The notes below the pieces were generated by a model. It had not been told where the DNA came from and searched no databases. It saw only the letters and a list, made by a program, of their open reading frames with translations. Of a stretch of 35,303 bases of DNA, positions 14,354-23,784 are shown piece by piece (the first letter of the stretch is position 1; the number at the start of each line of letters is the position of its first letter). This DNA is from an uncultured Planctomycetales bacterium (GTDB lineage: Bacteria; Omnitrophota; Gorgyraeia; Zapsychrales; Fredricksoniimonadaceae). The position numbers and the translations under genes are program-made. The stretch spans positions 1 to 35,303 of the forward strand of contig CAZLRE010000002.1 of the NCBI GenBank assembly GCA_964561885.1, given 5' to 3'.

Positions 14354-15598
14354 ATGATTAGTCTCCAACAAACCCTCCAGTCCCTGCCGACCACCAGCGG
14401 CGTTTACCTGATGAAGGACAAAGACGGCGCCATCATCTACGTCGGAAAGGCCATTTCTCTGCGCAAGCGCGTGCAGTCGTATTTCCGCAAAGACACCGGC
14501 AGCTATAAAACAGACCTTCTGGTCTCCGCGATCGATTCCATTGAGCATATCAACACTTCCAGCGAGGCCGAGGCGCTTATCCTGGAGGCGTCGCTTGTTA
14601 AAAAATATCAGCCGAAATACAACATCGAGCTTAAAGACAGCAAGACCTATCCGCATATTCAGATCACCAAAGAGGAATTTCCGCTTATCTCCGTCGTGCG
14701 TCTGAATTCTCAAAAGGCAAAGAAGGTGAAGGCCGACTATTACGGGCCGTATACGAGCCCTGCGCTCATCCGTGAGGCACTGATCATTATCCGCAAGATT
14801 TTTCATTCCCGCAGCTGTGAACACCTGCCGAATAAAGCATGTTTGGACTTTCATATCGGGCTGTGCGATGCGCCGTGCATCGGCAACGTGAGTTCGGAGG
14901 ATTACCGCAAGAATATCCGTCGTGTCCAATACATTTTGGAAGGCAGGAAAGATGAACTCCTGAAGAGTTTGCACGAAGACATGGAGACTTTGGCCCGTGA
15001 TAAAAATTATGAACAGGCGGCCAAGGTGCGCGATCAGATCCGCGCGATCGGGGCCTTGTATTCTTCCACCATGGATGTGAATTATTTTAAAGAGGCCGAA
15101 CAGCTGGAGCGCGCGCTCAATTTGAAACGCGCGCCGTCCAGGATCGAGTGCTTCGACATCTCGAATATCATGGGCAATCAGGCGGTGGGGTCGATGGTGT
15201 CGTTTTTGAACGGCCGGCCGGATAAATCCAATTACCGGCGTTTTAAGATCAAAATGGTCGAAGGCATTGATGATTTTAAAATGATGGCCGAGGTTGTGCG
15301 CCGGCGCTACACGCGGCTTAAGAATGAACAAGCCATTTTTCCGGATCTTATCATTGTCGACGGCGGCAAAGGACAGCTGTCCGCCGCCGCAGAGGAACTC
15401 AAGAAGCTGGAAGTGGTGATCCCGCTTATCTCGCTTGCCAAGCGCGAGGAAGAGGTGTTCGTTCCGGGACGGCGCAATTCTATCATTCTTGCCAAAGATT
15501 CGCTGGGATTGCGTTTGCTTCAGCGCATCCGCGATGAGGCCCACCGTTTCGCGGTTTCTTATCACCGGTTGTTAAGAGGAAAGAAAGCCTTTGAATAA
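14354..15598 (+). CDS. uvrC: Excinuclease ABC subunit C, short form lacking the C-terminal (HhH)2 domain
   Basis: Domains recognised:
- GIY-YIG: GVYLMKDKDGAIIYVGKAISLRKRVQSYF...YNIELKD
- UVR motif: DMETLARDKNYEQAAKVRDQIRAI
- RNase H-like endonuclease domain: IECFDISNIMG...IIVDGGKGQL...RDEAHRFAVSYHR
The stop comes about 10 codons after that last motif. Confidence 0.85.
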   Translation: MISLQQTLQSLPTTSGVYLMKDKDGAIIYVGKAISLRKRVQSYFRKDTGSYKTDLLVSAIDSIEHINTSSEAEALILEASLVKKYQPKYNIELKDSKTYPHIQITKEEFPLISVVRLNSQKAKKVKADYYGPYTSPALIREALIIIRKIFHSRSCEHLPNKACLDFHIGLCDAPCIGNVSSEDYRKNIRRVQYILEGRKDELLKSLHEDMETLARDKNYEQAAKVRDQIRAIGALYSSTMDVNYFKEAEQLERALNLKRAPSRIECFDISNIMGNQAVGSMVSFLNGRPDKSNYRRFKIKMVEGIDDFKMMAEVVRRRYTRLKNEQAIFPDLIIVDGGKGQLSAAAEELKKLEVVIPLISLAKREEEVFVPGRRNSIILAKDSLGLRLLQRIRDEAHRFAVSYHRLLRGKKAFE

Positions 15599-16901
15599 GA
15601 AATTATCTCACCCTTTCTGGAAACAAAAACTTCCCTCTATAGCGTTTAAAGAGGAATTAAAAAAGGGAACAGGTAGCGCTCTTTTAATTATGCGCCAACA
15701 TCCGGCATCGTCTTTTGCAAAAGATATTTATAGGGCGTGTCATAATAATCCCGATTACGATCCTCAATGTTCCGGGAGTCGAGCGCAGTATCTATTTGAA
15801 TTGATAGAGATGCTTAAGAATAAGGAAGCATTTAAGGCTAAATTAATTAAGAAATTTAATGATTCCAGGGAAGATTCTCTTAGCTGGCAGCAATTATTTG
15901 ATTTGATGAAATTGTTTGCGCAAAATGGAAATAAGTTCGCTAAAAAGGCTGTTTATAGAAAATTTCAATATTTTACTGCTCGGGGTGAAAATTATCTTGG
16001 GGATAGTGAAATAGTTGATTTGGATGGTCTTCAAGGTCTCTTATTCGTTGCAAACGAAAAAGGAAAATGGTTCTCGGCACATCCGGAAGACCGGGACCAT
16101 GATTGTTTTATTACCAGCGTGCAGGAGAAATTTCCTAACATTGATGTTTGGAAGCTTCTTTGTACACAAGCAAGGAGCAACAAATATATCAAATCTTATG
16201 TTGATGTGATTAAAAAGTATCGGTTAAGACAAGTAAAGAGACAAGAACGATTATCTTATGAAGCTATAACGGATTTAATAAGGAAGAATAAAGGCGTATC
16301 TATTGTGAGCTGGGCTAGAACAGCAAAACGAAAGGATTTGATTCGCGTTGCCAATGATTTGATTTCAGAAAAGGATGAAAAATTGATTCGGCTACGTTTG
16401 AGAGCATTTATTGAAACGAAATTCCCTTTGAATTATCAGCTTTTGTTTCAATTTCTGAGTTCAAAAGATAAGAGAACTCAATCGTTAGCATTGCAGACAT
16501 TAAGTCTTTTTAAAAGTGAAGAGTTAAGGAATTTGGCTTTAAAGAATTTACCAAAAGGGAATTTCTTAAGTGAATATTTAGGAATTTTAGCCAGAAATTA
16601 TCAATCCAAGGATGCTGTATTGATAGAAAAAATAATCTTGTCTACTAATAATGATGTTGAACTTCATGCAATGGGTGGTTCTAGCATTAAAGAATTGTAC
16701 TTAACTAATAACCCTACGAAAAAAGGCATAAAAAAGGTGTTGTTGGATTTTTATGAGCGTGGATATTGTGCTCTTTGCCGTAAGGAATTAATTGAAATCA
16801 TGCTTCAATATAAACTTTTGCCTAAGTACATTCGGGAAGAAGCCAAATGGGATTGTAATTTAGATATAAGGTCACTAGTGAGCAATTTGAGAAGGAAATA
16901 G
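15591..16901 (+). CDS. Hypothetical alpha-helical (HEAT/ARM-like) protein encoded by an AT-rich segment
   Basis: 436-codon ORF opening with TTG at 15591 (overlaps the uvrC stop by 8 nt); first ATG is at 15690. Lys/Leu/Asn-rich helical-repeat-looking sequence (LSSKDKRTQSLALQTLSLFKSEELRNLALKNL). I recognise no catalytic motif. Hand counts on 60-nt samples give about 30-35% GC here versus about 48-58% in the flanks. Confidence 0.6.
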   Translation: MNKKLSHPFWKQKLPSIAFKEELKKGTGSALLIMRQHPASSFAKDIYRACHNNPDYDPQCSGSRAQYLFELIEMLKNKEAFKAKLIKKFNDSREDSLSWQQLFDLMKLFAQNGNKFAKKAVYRKFQYFTARGENYLGDSEIVDLDGLQGLLFVANEKGKWFSAHPEDRDHDCFITSVQEKFPNIDVWKLLCTQARSNKYIKSYVDVIKKYRLRQVKRQERLSYEAITDLIRKNKGVSIVSWARTAKRKDLIRVANDLISEKDEKLIRLRLRAFIETKFPLNYQLLFQFLSSKDKRTQSLALQTLSLFKSEELRNLALKNLPKGNFLSEYLGILARNYQSKDAVLIEKIILSTNNDVELHAMGGSSIKELYLTNNPTKKGIKKVLLDFYERGYCALCRKELIEIMLQYKLLPKYIREEAKWDCNLDIRSLVSNLRRK

Positions 16902-16972
16902 TTTTTGTAACTTTAAGGGATTAACCACGTTTAAAGGACAGAACGAACAATACCATCCATGGAGGTTGACCG

Positions 16973-19900
16973 ATGTTCTCAAACCGACTGATCCTAGCTG
17001 TTTTATTCTGTCTTTTGTTACCGTCAGCACGCGTTAATGCTTATGAGGCGTCCGACCTTAAAACCGCAAACGACTATTATGCCCAACAGTCCTACCAATT
17101 GGCCTTGACCGAATACGCCCGTTTCCTCGAAGAAAAATCCACCGAAGCCCTGTCCCGCGAAGTGTCTTTTAAATGGGCGGATTGCGTCATCAAGGCCAAG
17201 GATGCCGCGCGTCAGGAACAAGCTCAAAAGGCCCTGCAGGAATTGGTTGATTCCAAAGACCATGACCGCTGGTGGGCTGAAGCGGGAGTGACGCTGGCCT
17301 CTTTGTATATCGAACGCGACCCTTACGGCAAACATGTGGAGATCAAAAAGATGCTCGATGACGCCCGCGATTATTGGGCCGGTTCATCGGATGTGGAGCT
17401 GGCGCGTAAACGTTTTATCGCGGTCAGTTTCATGCTCGCGGATTTTGTGACCTCGCGCTGGGGCTGGTACAGCGCAGACATCAAACCTATCCGTCTGGGT
17501 GGAGAGTTGATCGTTCCACCTGAACAGCCGGGCAACTGGCCGCTGCAGGTGCTTTTTGAGGAGATCCTCAAAGTGGCCAAGTCCGACGAGGATAAGGCCC
17601 GCGCGCATTACAGCCTGGCTATGGCCATCACGAATAGTTATTCCGCTGACCCTAAAGTCAAAGCCAGGGTGGCTGAACATTTTGAAAAGGTCATCAAAGA
17701 TTTCTCCGAGAGCGAATGGGCGGACGACGCCCAGTATTATCTCGGCATGTATTGGGAGAATCAGACCGATTATTTAAAAGCGGTCGAGATCTACCGCAAA
17801 TTTCTCGCGGCGTTTAAGACCGGAGAATCGCAATGGGTCAATGACGCCCAACGGCGTTTGGAAGATTTGACCAATCCCAGGATCAACTTAGGCGTCAGCC
17901 ACACGTTCTTGCCGGATTCGCAGATCCAGTTTTCTGTTTCACGGCGCAATCTCGATCAAGCCCAATTCACGTTCTACAAGATCGATCTGTCCCAGCATCT
18001 GGACATCCGAAGCCTTTCGCAGGATATGACGCAGGGATATGACAATTATCCGGATGTGCTGCGTGTTCTCGTTGAGAAAAGACGCTATGAGGCGCTGCCG
18101 GTCGAGGTGTCCTTCCAAGTGAAGTTCAAAGAAGAGGGCAAGCATATTGCCTACAGCGATACCAAAGGCCTTGCCGAATGGCGCAAGGTCAAGGACGACG
18201 AAGAGATCGATATTAAAAAAGGCACGCTTCCGGCGGGTGCGTATCTTTTGATGGTCACGACCGCATCCGGATTAAAGGCTTATGATCTTGTTTTAGTCAG
18301 CGAGCTGGCGTTGGTGAGCAAGGTCTCTCAGGAAGCGGCGGTATTTTTTGCCATGGATGCCAAGACCGGCAAGCCGGCCGCGGGCGCGACGGTCACCTAC
18401 AATTACAGTTATTACGACGGGCAGGGCCGCACCTACTGGGACAGAGGGCAAGGCCAGACCGATGAGCAGGGTTTATTAAAAGTCAATTTGATGAACCCCA
18501 TATTAAAGAATTACAACCAGCAGCACCGGATGTTCGCGGTGGTTGCGCACAACGAGCAACAGGCCTTTGTGCAGAACTCTTATTACAATTACAACTACGC
18601 CAGCAGAGATTGGTGGCTGTACGCATTTAGTGACCGTCCGGCGTACCGTCCCGGTGAGGCGATCTCATTTAAGGGGATCCTGCGCCAATACGACGGTTCC
18701 GCTTTTTCAACACCATCGGGTATGTCGGTCAAGGCTCGCATTTATGACGCCCAGGGCAATCAAGTGAAAGAGGCGGTGTATCAGCTCAATGCCTACGGTT
18801 CCTTCGATGATTCATTGACCCTCGATGCGAAGGCCGTTCTGGGTGAGTACCGCCTGCAGCTGTTCACCGATGATGGGAACGTAACCATTGCCAACACTGT
18901 TTTATTCCGTCTTGAAGAATACAAACTTCCGGAATTCACCGTCGCGATCCGTCCCGAAACCAAGGATGATGCGCCGGCGTCCAAAGGTTTTCGTCTGGGG
19001 GATACCATCACCATCGAAGTGGACGCGCAATACTATTTCGGCGGGCCCGTGGCCAACGCCCAGGTGGAATATCTGGTCTATCAAAGCCCGTATACGCACA
19101 GCTATAAAACTCCCAGAGATTATCCGTGGTATTACGAATATGAGGACATGCGCTACAGGAATTACGAACACGCCCGTCAATTGATCAAGACAGAGAAGAT
19201 CAAGACCGATGCGCAGGGCAAGGCCACATTCACCATTGAATCGCCCAAGGATTCCGCAACAGACCTAAAGTATAGGGTCGAAGCGCGGGTGGTGGATCAA
19301 AGCCGCCGCGAGATCGTTTCCGCGAGCGACATCAAGGTCACCAAGAACGCGTTTTTTGCGTATCTGAAACCCAAACAGAATTTATACCGTCCCGGTGATA
19401 AAGCGCAGGTGACCATCAAGACGATGACCGCTAACGATGAGCCGGTTTCCGTCGAAGGGAAAGTGGCGGTCCTCATTAACCGCTGGCGTGAAGAGCCGGT
19501 TGCCCGTGAGAAAGATTCCACGAATGTCGCGCCTTCCGGTTATGACGGACGGGAATTGTTCACTAAGTTTGTGAAGACCAACGAACGCGGAGAGGCCACA
19601 TTCGAATTCGAACCGAACGAGGACGGATATTATACGATTGAGTTCACCGGTTTTGACAACGGGCGCGAGGTCAAAGGCCAAACGAGCGTATTTGTCTGCA
19701 CCAAGGCGAGCCAGGACATCGGGTATCGTTACGGCGGACTACAGATCATAACTGAGAATGACACGTATCAGGCCGGAGAAACACTGCGTGCCATGATCGT
19801 GGCGGATAAACCGGACACCTGGGTCTTATTGACCGGCGAAGCGGATGCCATTCTTGACAGTCAGGTCATTCATCTGCAGGGAAGCGTCAAGCTCGTTGAA

Positions 19901-22840
19901 ATCCCGGTCGCTGATCATTTTATCCCGAATTTTTATTTGTCGGCCTTAAGCGCGGATCATTATCAGTTGAAGACAAACACGGTGGAAGTCATTGTTCCGC
20001 CGGCGAAAAAGTTTTTGAATGTCACGATCACATCGGATAAACAAACATACAGCCCGCAGGAAGAAGGCCGGTTCGAGATCACAGTGACCGACAAGGACGG
20101 CCAACCCGTTAGCGGCGAGCTTTCTCTGGGCATGACGGACGCTTCGGTCTATTACATTCAGGAGGAATATGCCCCGGACATCCGCAAATTCTTTTACGGC
20201 GATAAACGCCCGCTGTCGGTTGTGACCCAGGCGAGTTTTTATCAGCGTCCGTATGTCCGTCTGGTTCTGTCGGAGAAAAACGAGATCATAACTGATCAGG
20301 AACTTCACCGCCGGCAGAACGAGGCTATTGGACGCGATGAAGGCCAGATAGGCGGTGCTAAATATGAGCCTTATTATATGGCTTCCAATTACGCAGTTGA
20401 TAGGTTGGATGATGTTAGGAAACAAAACGGTGGCATGGCCATGCCTGCTTCAAAAGCGGCGGTAAGTGAAATGGCGGATAAAGATTCTTCGGGCTTTAGG
20501 GCAAAGGAATCTGAAGAGCGTAAGGCCAAGGGAGACTCCGGAGGCGCTGGAACCTTGGCCGAAGCGCAGGTGAGAACGGATTTCCGTTCGACGGTGATCT
20601 GGAAACCGGCGGTCACAACCGATGCCCAAGGCAAGGCGACCGTGACCATGACGTTCCCGGATTCATTAACCACCTGGCGCGCCACCGCGCGCGCAGTGAC
20701 ACCCGAGACATCCATCGGCAACATCACTTATGATGTGCGATCGAAGAAAGAATTGATGGCGCGTCTGCAGGCGCCGCGGTTCTTTACGGAACGCGATCTG
20801 GTCGTTGTTTCCGCTTTGATCGATAACATGTCGGATGAGCCGTTGACCGTCATGCCTTCGTTGGAAACCGAAGGGGTGGAGGTCACGGGTTTATACAAAG
20901 ACGGAACTTTCGTTAAAGGCGAAGTTGGGCCGCTGACAGTTCCGGCTCACGGTCAGGTGCGCCAGGATTGGGCGGTCAAGGCATCCAAAGCCGACATTGC
21001 GAAAATTAAGGTCACAGCCCGGTCCGAAAAATATGCCGATGCCATGGAACGAACGTATCCCGTCATTCCGCACGGCATCGAAAAGTTCGTGGCCCATGCG
21101 CTCGTTCTGAAAAGCGATGTTGATGTTGAACAATCCAAAGAGTTCACGCTTGTGGTCCCCAAGGAACGCATCAAGGAATCAACGTCCCTGCAGATTAATC
21201 TTTCTCCGTCGATGGCGGCCAATTTGCTTGATGCCCTGCCGTATCTGGCGGATTATCCTTACGGATGCGTTGAGCAGACCATGAGCCGCTTTTTGCCTGC
21301 GGTCATTGTGCGCAAATCGATGCGCGACCTGGGGCTTTCCGCCGAAGACGTCGAAACATATATCAGTGATGTCATGACGCCAAGAAACGACCCCCAGGGT
21401 CATCCGCAGCGCCGCAATGATGCGACGTATTCCAAAGTGGATGCCATGACCAAAGACGGGCTTAAGCGTCTGTATGATTTCCAGCATTCCGATGGAGGTT
21501 GGGGCTGGTGGAAGGACGGCGACTCGGATCGTTTCATGAGCGCTTATGTGTTGTGGGGTTTGGGTCTGGCGCGCGAAGCGGGCATGGATATCAATAGCGC
21601 CGTGATCTCGCGGGCGGCCGAATTCCTGCGCAATAATCTGGTTGAGGAAGAGAATCAGCCCGATATGTTAGCCTGGATGCTTCACGCTCTGGCTTATGCC
21701 GATTCCAAGAGCTTGTTCGAAGAAAAACACAGGAACCGTCTATGGGAGATGCGCGATAAGCTTAATCCTTATTCCCGCGCGTTGTTCGCTTTATCCGAAC
21801 ACCGCCGTGGGAACAGCGAACGAAGCGGTGTCTTGGCACAAAATTTGATCAACGGCATTGATGAGGATAAATCCAATGCCACAGCGCATTGGGGAGAATC
21901 CGGCATTCACTACCGCTGGAGCGAGGGCGGGGTGGAAGCGACCGCTTTTGTGATCAAGGCCCTGTCGGTCATTGAACCGCAAAGCGCGTATCTTGACCCG
22001 TCGGTGAAATGGCTTTCCTTGAACCGACGCGGCGGCCGCTGGAAGAACACGCGCGACACCGCGATCGCGATTTTGTCTTTGTCGGATTATTTGAAGGCCA
22101 GCAAAGAGTTATCACCGGATTACAGTTATCAGGTTATGGTCAACGGCCGGGTTGTGCGCGAAGGCGCTGTGAACGCTCAAAACGCGCTGTCCTTCGGAAG
22201 GATCGTTGATATTCCTTTTGATCAGGTTCAGGACGGCGATAATACCGTTCAGGTTTCCATCAAGGGCAAGGGCGCGCTGTATGTCTCGGCCTACCTCAAA
22301 TATTTCACGCTTGAGGAAGGGGTCACAGCCGCCGGCAACGAGATCTTCGTTGAACGTAAATACTATAGACAATCCGTCGAGGAAACGCTGATGAAAGGAT
22401 ACACCGAGGGATGGGCGCCGCTTAAAGACGGCGACAAGCTCAAAAGCGGGGACCGTGTGCGGGTGGATGTGACGATGGAAGCTAAGAACAATTATGAGTA
22501 TCTCATATCCGAAGATTATAAACCTGCCGGACTGGAAGCGGTCGCGTTGCAAAGCGGGAGCGCTTCCGCCATTGTCTTAGACAGAAGCGGCCGAGAGACC
22601 AAAGAAACGGTTCCGGTCTATCAGGAGCTGCGCGACCAGAAAGCCGTCTTCTTTATTTCCAAATTAAACCAGGGTAAGTATATTCTCCGATATGAACTGC
22701 GCGCGGAGATCCCCGGCGAGTTTCACGCCATGCCGAATCAGGCGCACGCGATGTATGTGCCGGAGATCAGGTCCAACAGCGATGAGATGCGATTTGAAGT
22801 AACGGATGATAATGTCCAAGAAGAAGGTGCCGATGAATAA
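16973..22840 (+). CDS. Alpha-2-macroglobulin family protein with N-terminal TPR-like module and intact thioester motif
   Basis: - GGAGG lies 7 nt upstream of the ATG.
- Sec signal MFSNRLILAVLFCLLLPSARVNA, with no lipobox.
- TPR-like first ~300 aa.
- Long beta-rich MG-domain-like body.
- Low-complexity bait-like region (about 20300-20570) followed by VRTDFRSTVIWKP.
- Thioester GCVEQ at 21263-21277. Confidence 0.9.
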   Translation: MFSNRLILAVLFCLLLPSARVNAYEASDLKTANDYYAQQSYQLALTEYARFLEEKSTEALSREVSFKWADCVIKAKDAARQEQAQKALQELVDSKDHDRWWAEAGVTLASLYIERDPYGKHVEIKKMLDDARDYWAGSSDVELARKRFIAVSFMLADFVTSRWGWYSADIKPIRLGGELIVPPEQPGNWPLQVLFEEILKVAKSDEDKARAHYSLAMAITNSYSADPKVKARVAEHFEKVIKDFSESEWADDAQYYLGMYWENQTDYLKAVEIYRKFLAAFKTGESQWVNDAQRRLEDLTNPRINLGVSHTFLPDSQIQFSVSRRNLDQAQFTFYKIDLSQHLDIRSLSQDMTQGYDNYPDVLRVLVEKRRYEALPVEVSFQVKFKEEGKHIAYSDTKGLAEWRKVKDDEEIDIKKGTLPAGAYLLMVTTASGLKAYDLVLVSELALVSKVSQEAAVFFAMDAKTGKPAAGATVTYNYSYYDGQGRTYWDRGQGQTDEQGLLKVNLMNPILKNYNQQHRMFAVVAHNEQQAFVQNSYYNYNYASRDWWLYAFSDRPAYRPGEAISFKGILRQYDGSAFSTPSGMSVKARIYDAQGNQVKEAVYQLNAYGSFDDSLTLDAKAVLGEYRLQLFTDDGNVTIANTVLFRLEEYKLPEFTVAIRPETKDDAPASKGFRLGDTITIEVDAQYYFGGPVANAQVEYLVYQSPYTHSYKTPRDYPWYYEYEDMRYRNYEHARQLIKTEKIKTDAQGKATFTIESPKDSATDLKYRVEARVVDQSRREIVSASDIKVTKNAFFAYLKPKQNLYRPGDKAQVTIKTMTANDEPVSVEGKVAVLINRWREEPVAREKDSTNVAPSGYDGRELFTKFVKTNERGEATFEFEPNEDGYYTIEFTGFDNGREVKGQTSVFVCTKASQDIGYRYGGLQIITENDTYQAGETLRAMIVADKPDTWVLLTGEADAILDSQVIHLQGSVKLVEIPVADHFIPNFYLSALSADHYQLKTNTVEVIVPPAKKFLNVTITSDKQTYSPQEEGRFEITVTDKDGQPVSGELSLGMTDASVYYIQEEYAPDIRKFFYGDKRPLSVVTQASFYQRPYVRLVLSEKNEIITDQELHRRQNEAIGRDEGQIGGAKYEPYYMASNYAVDRLDDVRKQNGGMAMPASKAAVSEMADKDSSGFRAKESEERKAKGDSGGAGTLAEAQVRTDFRSTVIWKPAVTTDAQGKATVTMTFPDSLTTWRATARAVTPETSIGNITYDVRSKKELMARLQAPRFFTERDLVVVSALIDNMSDEPLTVMPSLETEGVEVTGLYKDGTFVKGEVGPLTVPAHGQVRQDWAVKASKADIAKIKVTARSEKYADAMERTYPVIPHGIEKFVAHALVLKSDVDVEQSKEFTLVVPKERIKESTSLQINLSPSMAANLLDALPYLADYPYGCVEQTMSRFLPAVIVRKSMRDLGLSAEDVETYISDVMTPRNDPQGHPQRRNDATYSKVDAMTKDGLKRLYDFQHSDGGWGWWKDGDSDRFMSAYVLWGLGLAREAGMDINSAVISRAAEFLRNNLVEEENQPDMLAWMLHALAYADSKSLFEEKHRNRLWEMRDKLNPYSRALFALSEHRRGNSERSGVLAQNLINGIDEDKSNATAHWGESGIHYRWSEGGVEATAFVIKALSVIEPQSAYLDPSVKWLSLNRRGGRWKNTRDTAIAILSLSDYLKASKELSPDYSYQVMVNGRVVREGAVNAQNALSFGRIVDIPFDQVQDGDNTVQVSIKGKGALYVSAYLKYFTLEEGVTAAGNEIFVERKYYRQSVEETLMKGYTEGWAPLKDGDKLKSGDRVRVDVTMEAKNNYEYLISEDYKPAGLEAVALQSGSASAIVLDRSGRETKETVPVYQELRDQKAVFFISKLNQGKYILRYELRAEIPGEFHAMPNQAHAMYVPEIRSNSDEMRFEVTDDNVQEEGADE

Positions 22841-23459
22841 CAGCCGAATTTTACCCAAAAGGAACCTCGTAGGTTCCTTTTGGCTGTGCGATCGATTTCT
22901 GGTATTGTTCCTGGCTGCTTTTTTGTTTTGTGGTGCCGGCGACCGTGCTTTTGCCGAACCGTTGAGTTTCAGCGGCCGGGTGGACAAAGGCGAGCGATAC
23001 GAATATCCGATGGAGAACGGTTTGGTGTTTCGTCTGCTGCCGAATTCAGCCGGTAATCCTCCGGGATGGGTCATCACGGTCGCCAAGTCCGACCGCTCGC
23101 GCGATGATTATGTGTGGGTGGTGACGCCGCCGTACCGTTTCTGGAATCCGCGCTATATCGATATTTCTTACGGAACCAGCGCCCGTGAAGCAGCTGAAAT
23201 AACGCCGAGAGAATTTTATTTCGTCACCAATGAGGCCGATTACAAGACCGCGAGCGAGTCGGTTGATATCATTCTCTGGCCGAATAATTATAAGAAAAAA
23301 GAGATCCATGATGCCAACGACAAATTAAGCGGCGTACCCAGAAAGAAAGGCGTCCTCACGATCACAAACGCGGAGTTAAGCCCTGGTACCGACGGCATTC
23401 AGGAAATCCGGTCCATGGAATTTAAAGTTGAGATCGATGGATATGACGCCGGATCTTAA
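22833..23459 (+). CDS. Hypothetical exported protein
   Basis: ATG 22833 overlaps the A2M stop by 8 nt (gATGAATAA), with AAGAAGGTG upstream. Hydrophobic N-terminal segment FLVLFLAAFLFCGAGDRAFA. No recognisable domain. Confidence 0.5.
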   Translation: MNNSRILPKRNLVGSFWLCDRFLVLFLAAFLFCGAGDRAFAEPLSFSGRVDKGERYEYPMENGLVFRLLPNSAGNPPGWVITVAKSDRSRDDYVWVVTPPYRFWNPRYIDISYGTSAREAAEITPREFYFVTNEADYKTASESVDIILWPNNYKKKEIHDANDKLSGVPRKKGVLTITNAELSPGTDGIQEIRSMEFKVEIDGYDAGS

Positions 23460-23775
23460 CAGGCAGATCATAGCCGATACCGCGTGGCTGACCGGCCATC
23501 AGGACCTGACGGCCGCGCGTCTGGCGTATCTTTTAAGAGAACAAGGGATCGAGGTCAGATCCGTCATCTGCGCCAAGATATTCCCTGATATCAAAGACCC
23601 AACGAGCGGGGTGTTGATCGTTCCTCATGGTCAGGTGATCCAGTTTGCGTTCAACCGGGCGGGGATGATCGTTGAGGCGGCCCGCATCGATGAATGGATC
23701 AATATCACCCAAACCTATAAGGACCATCCGTGGCGGGATGAGATCCTCACAGCCCTGTCGATGATCAAAACCTAG
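23437..23775 (+). CDS. Hypothetical small protein
   Basis: ORF overlaps the end of the preceding gene (alternative starts at 23428, 23437, 23443). No signal peptide or motif recognised. Confidence 0.45.
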   Translation: MDMTPDLNRQIIADTAWLTGHQDLTAARLAYLLREQGIEVRSVICAKIFPDIKDPTSGVLIVPHGQVIQFAFNRAGMIVEAARIDEWINITQTYKDHPWRDEILTALSMIKT

Positions 23776-23784
23776 AGCCTTGCG

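Noticed and set aside
14207-15565. 452-aa minus-strand ORF, the second-longest unexplained ORF in the track
   Set aside because: It lies exactly antisense to uvrC, whose plus-strand translation carries unambiguous GIY-YIG/UVR/endonuclease motifs. The antisense product is Arg/Leu/His/Asp-rich low-information sequence with no motif. It is a shadow ORF.
15591-16901. AT-rich gene as an insertion sequence or prophage remnant
   Set aside because: No terminal inverted repeats, no convincing direct repeats and no recombinase. I keep it as a compositionally foreign orphan gene rather than calling it a mobile element.
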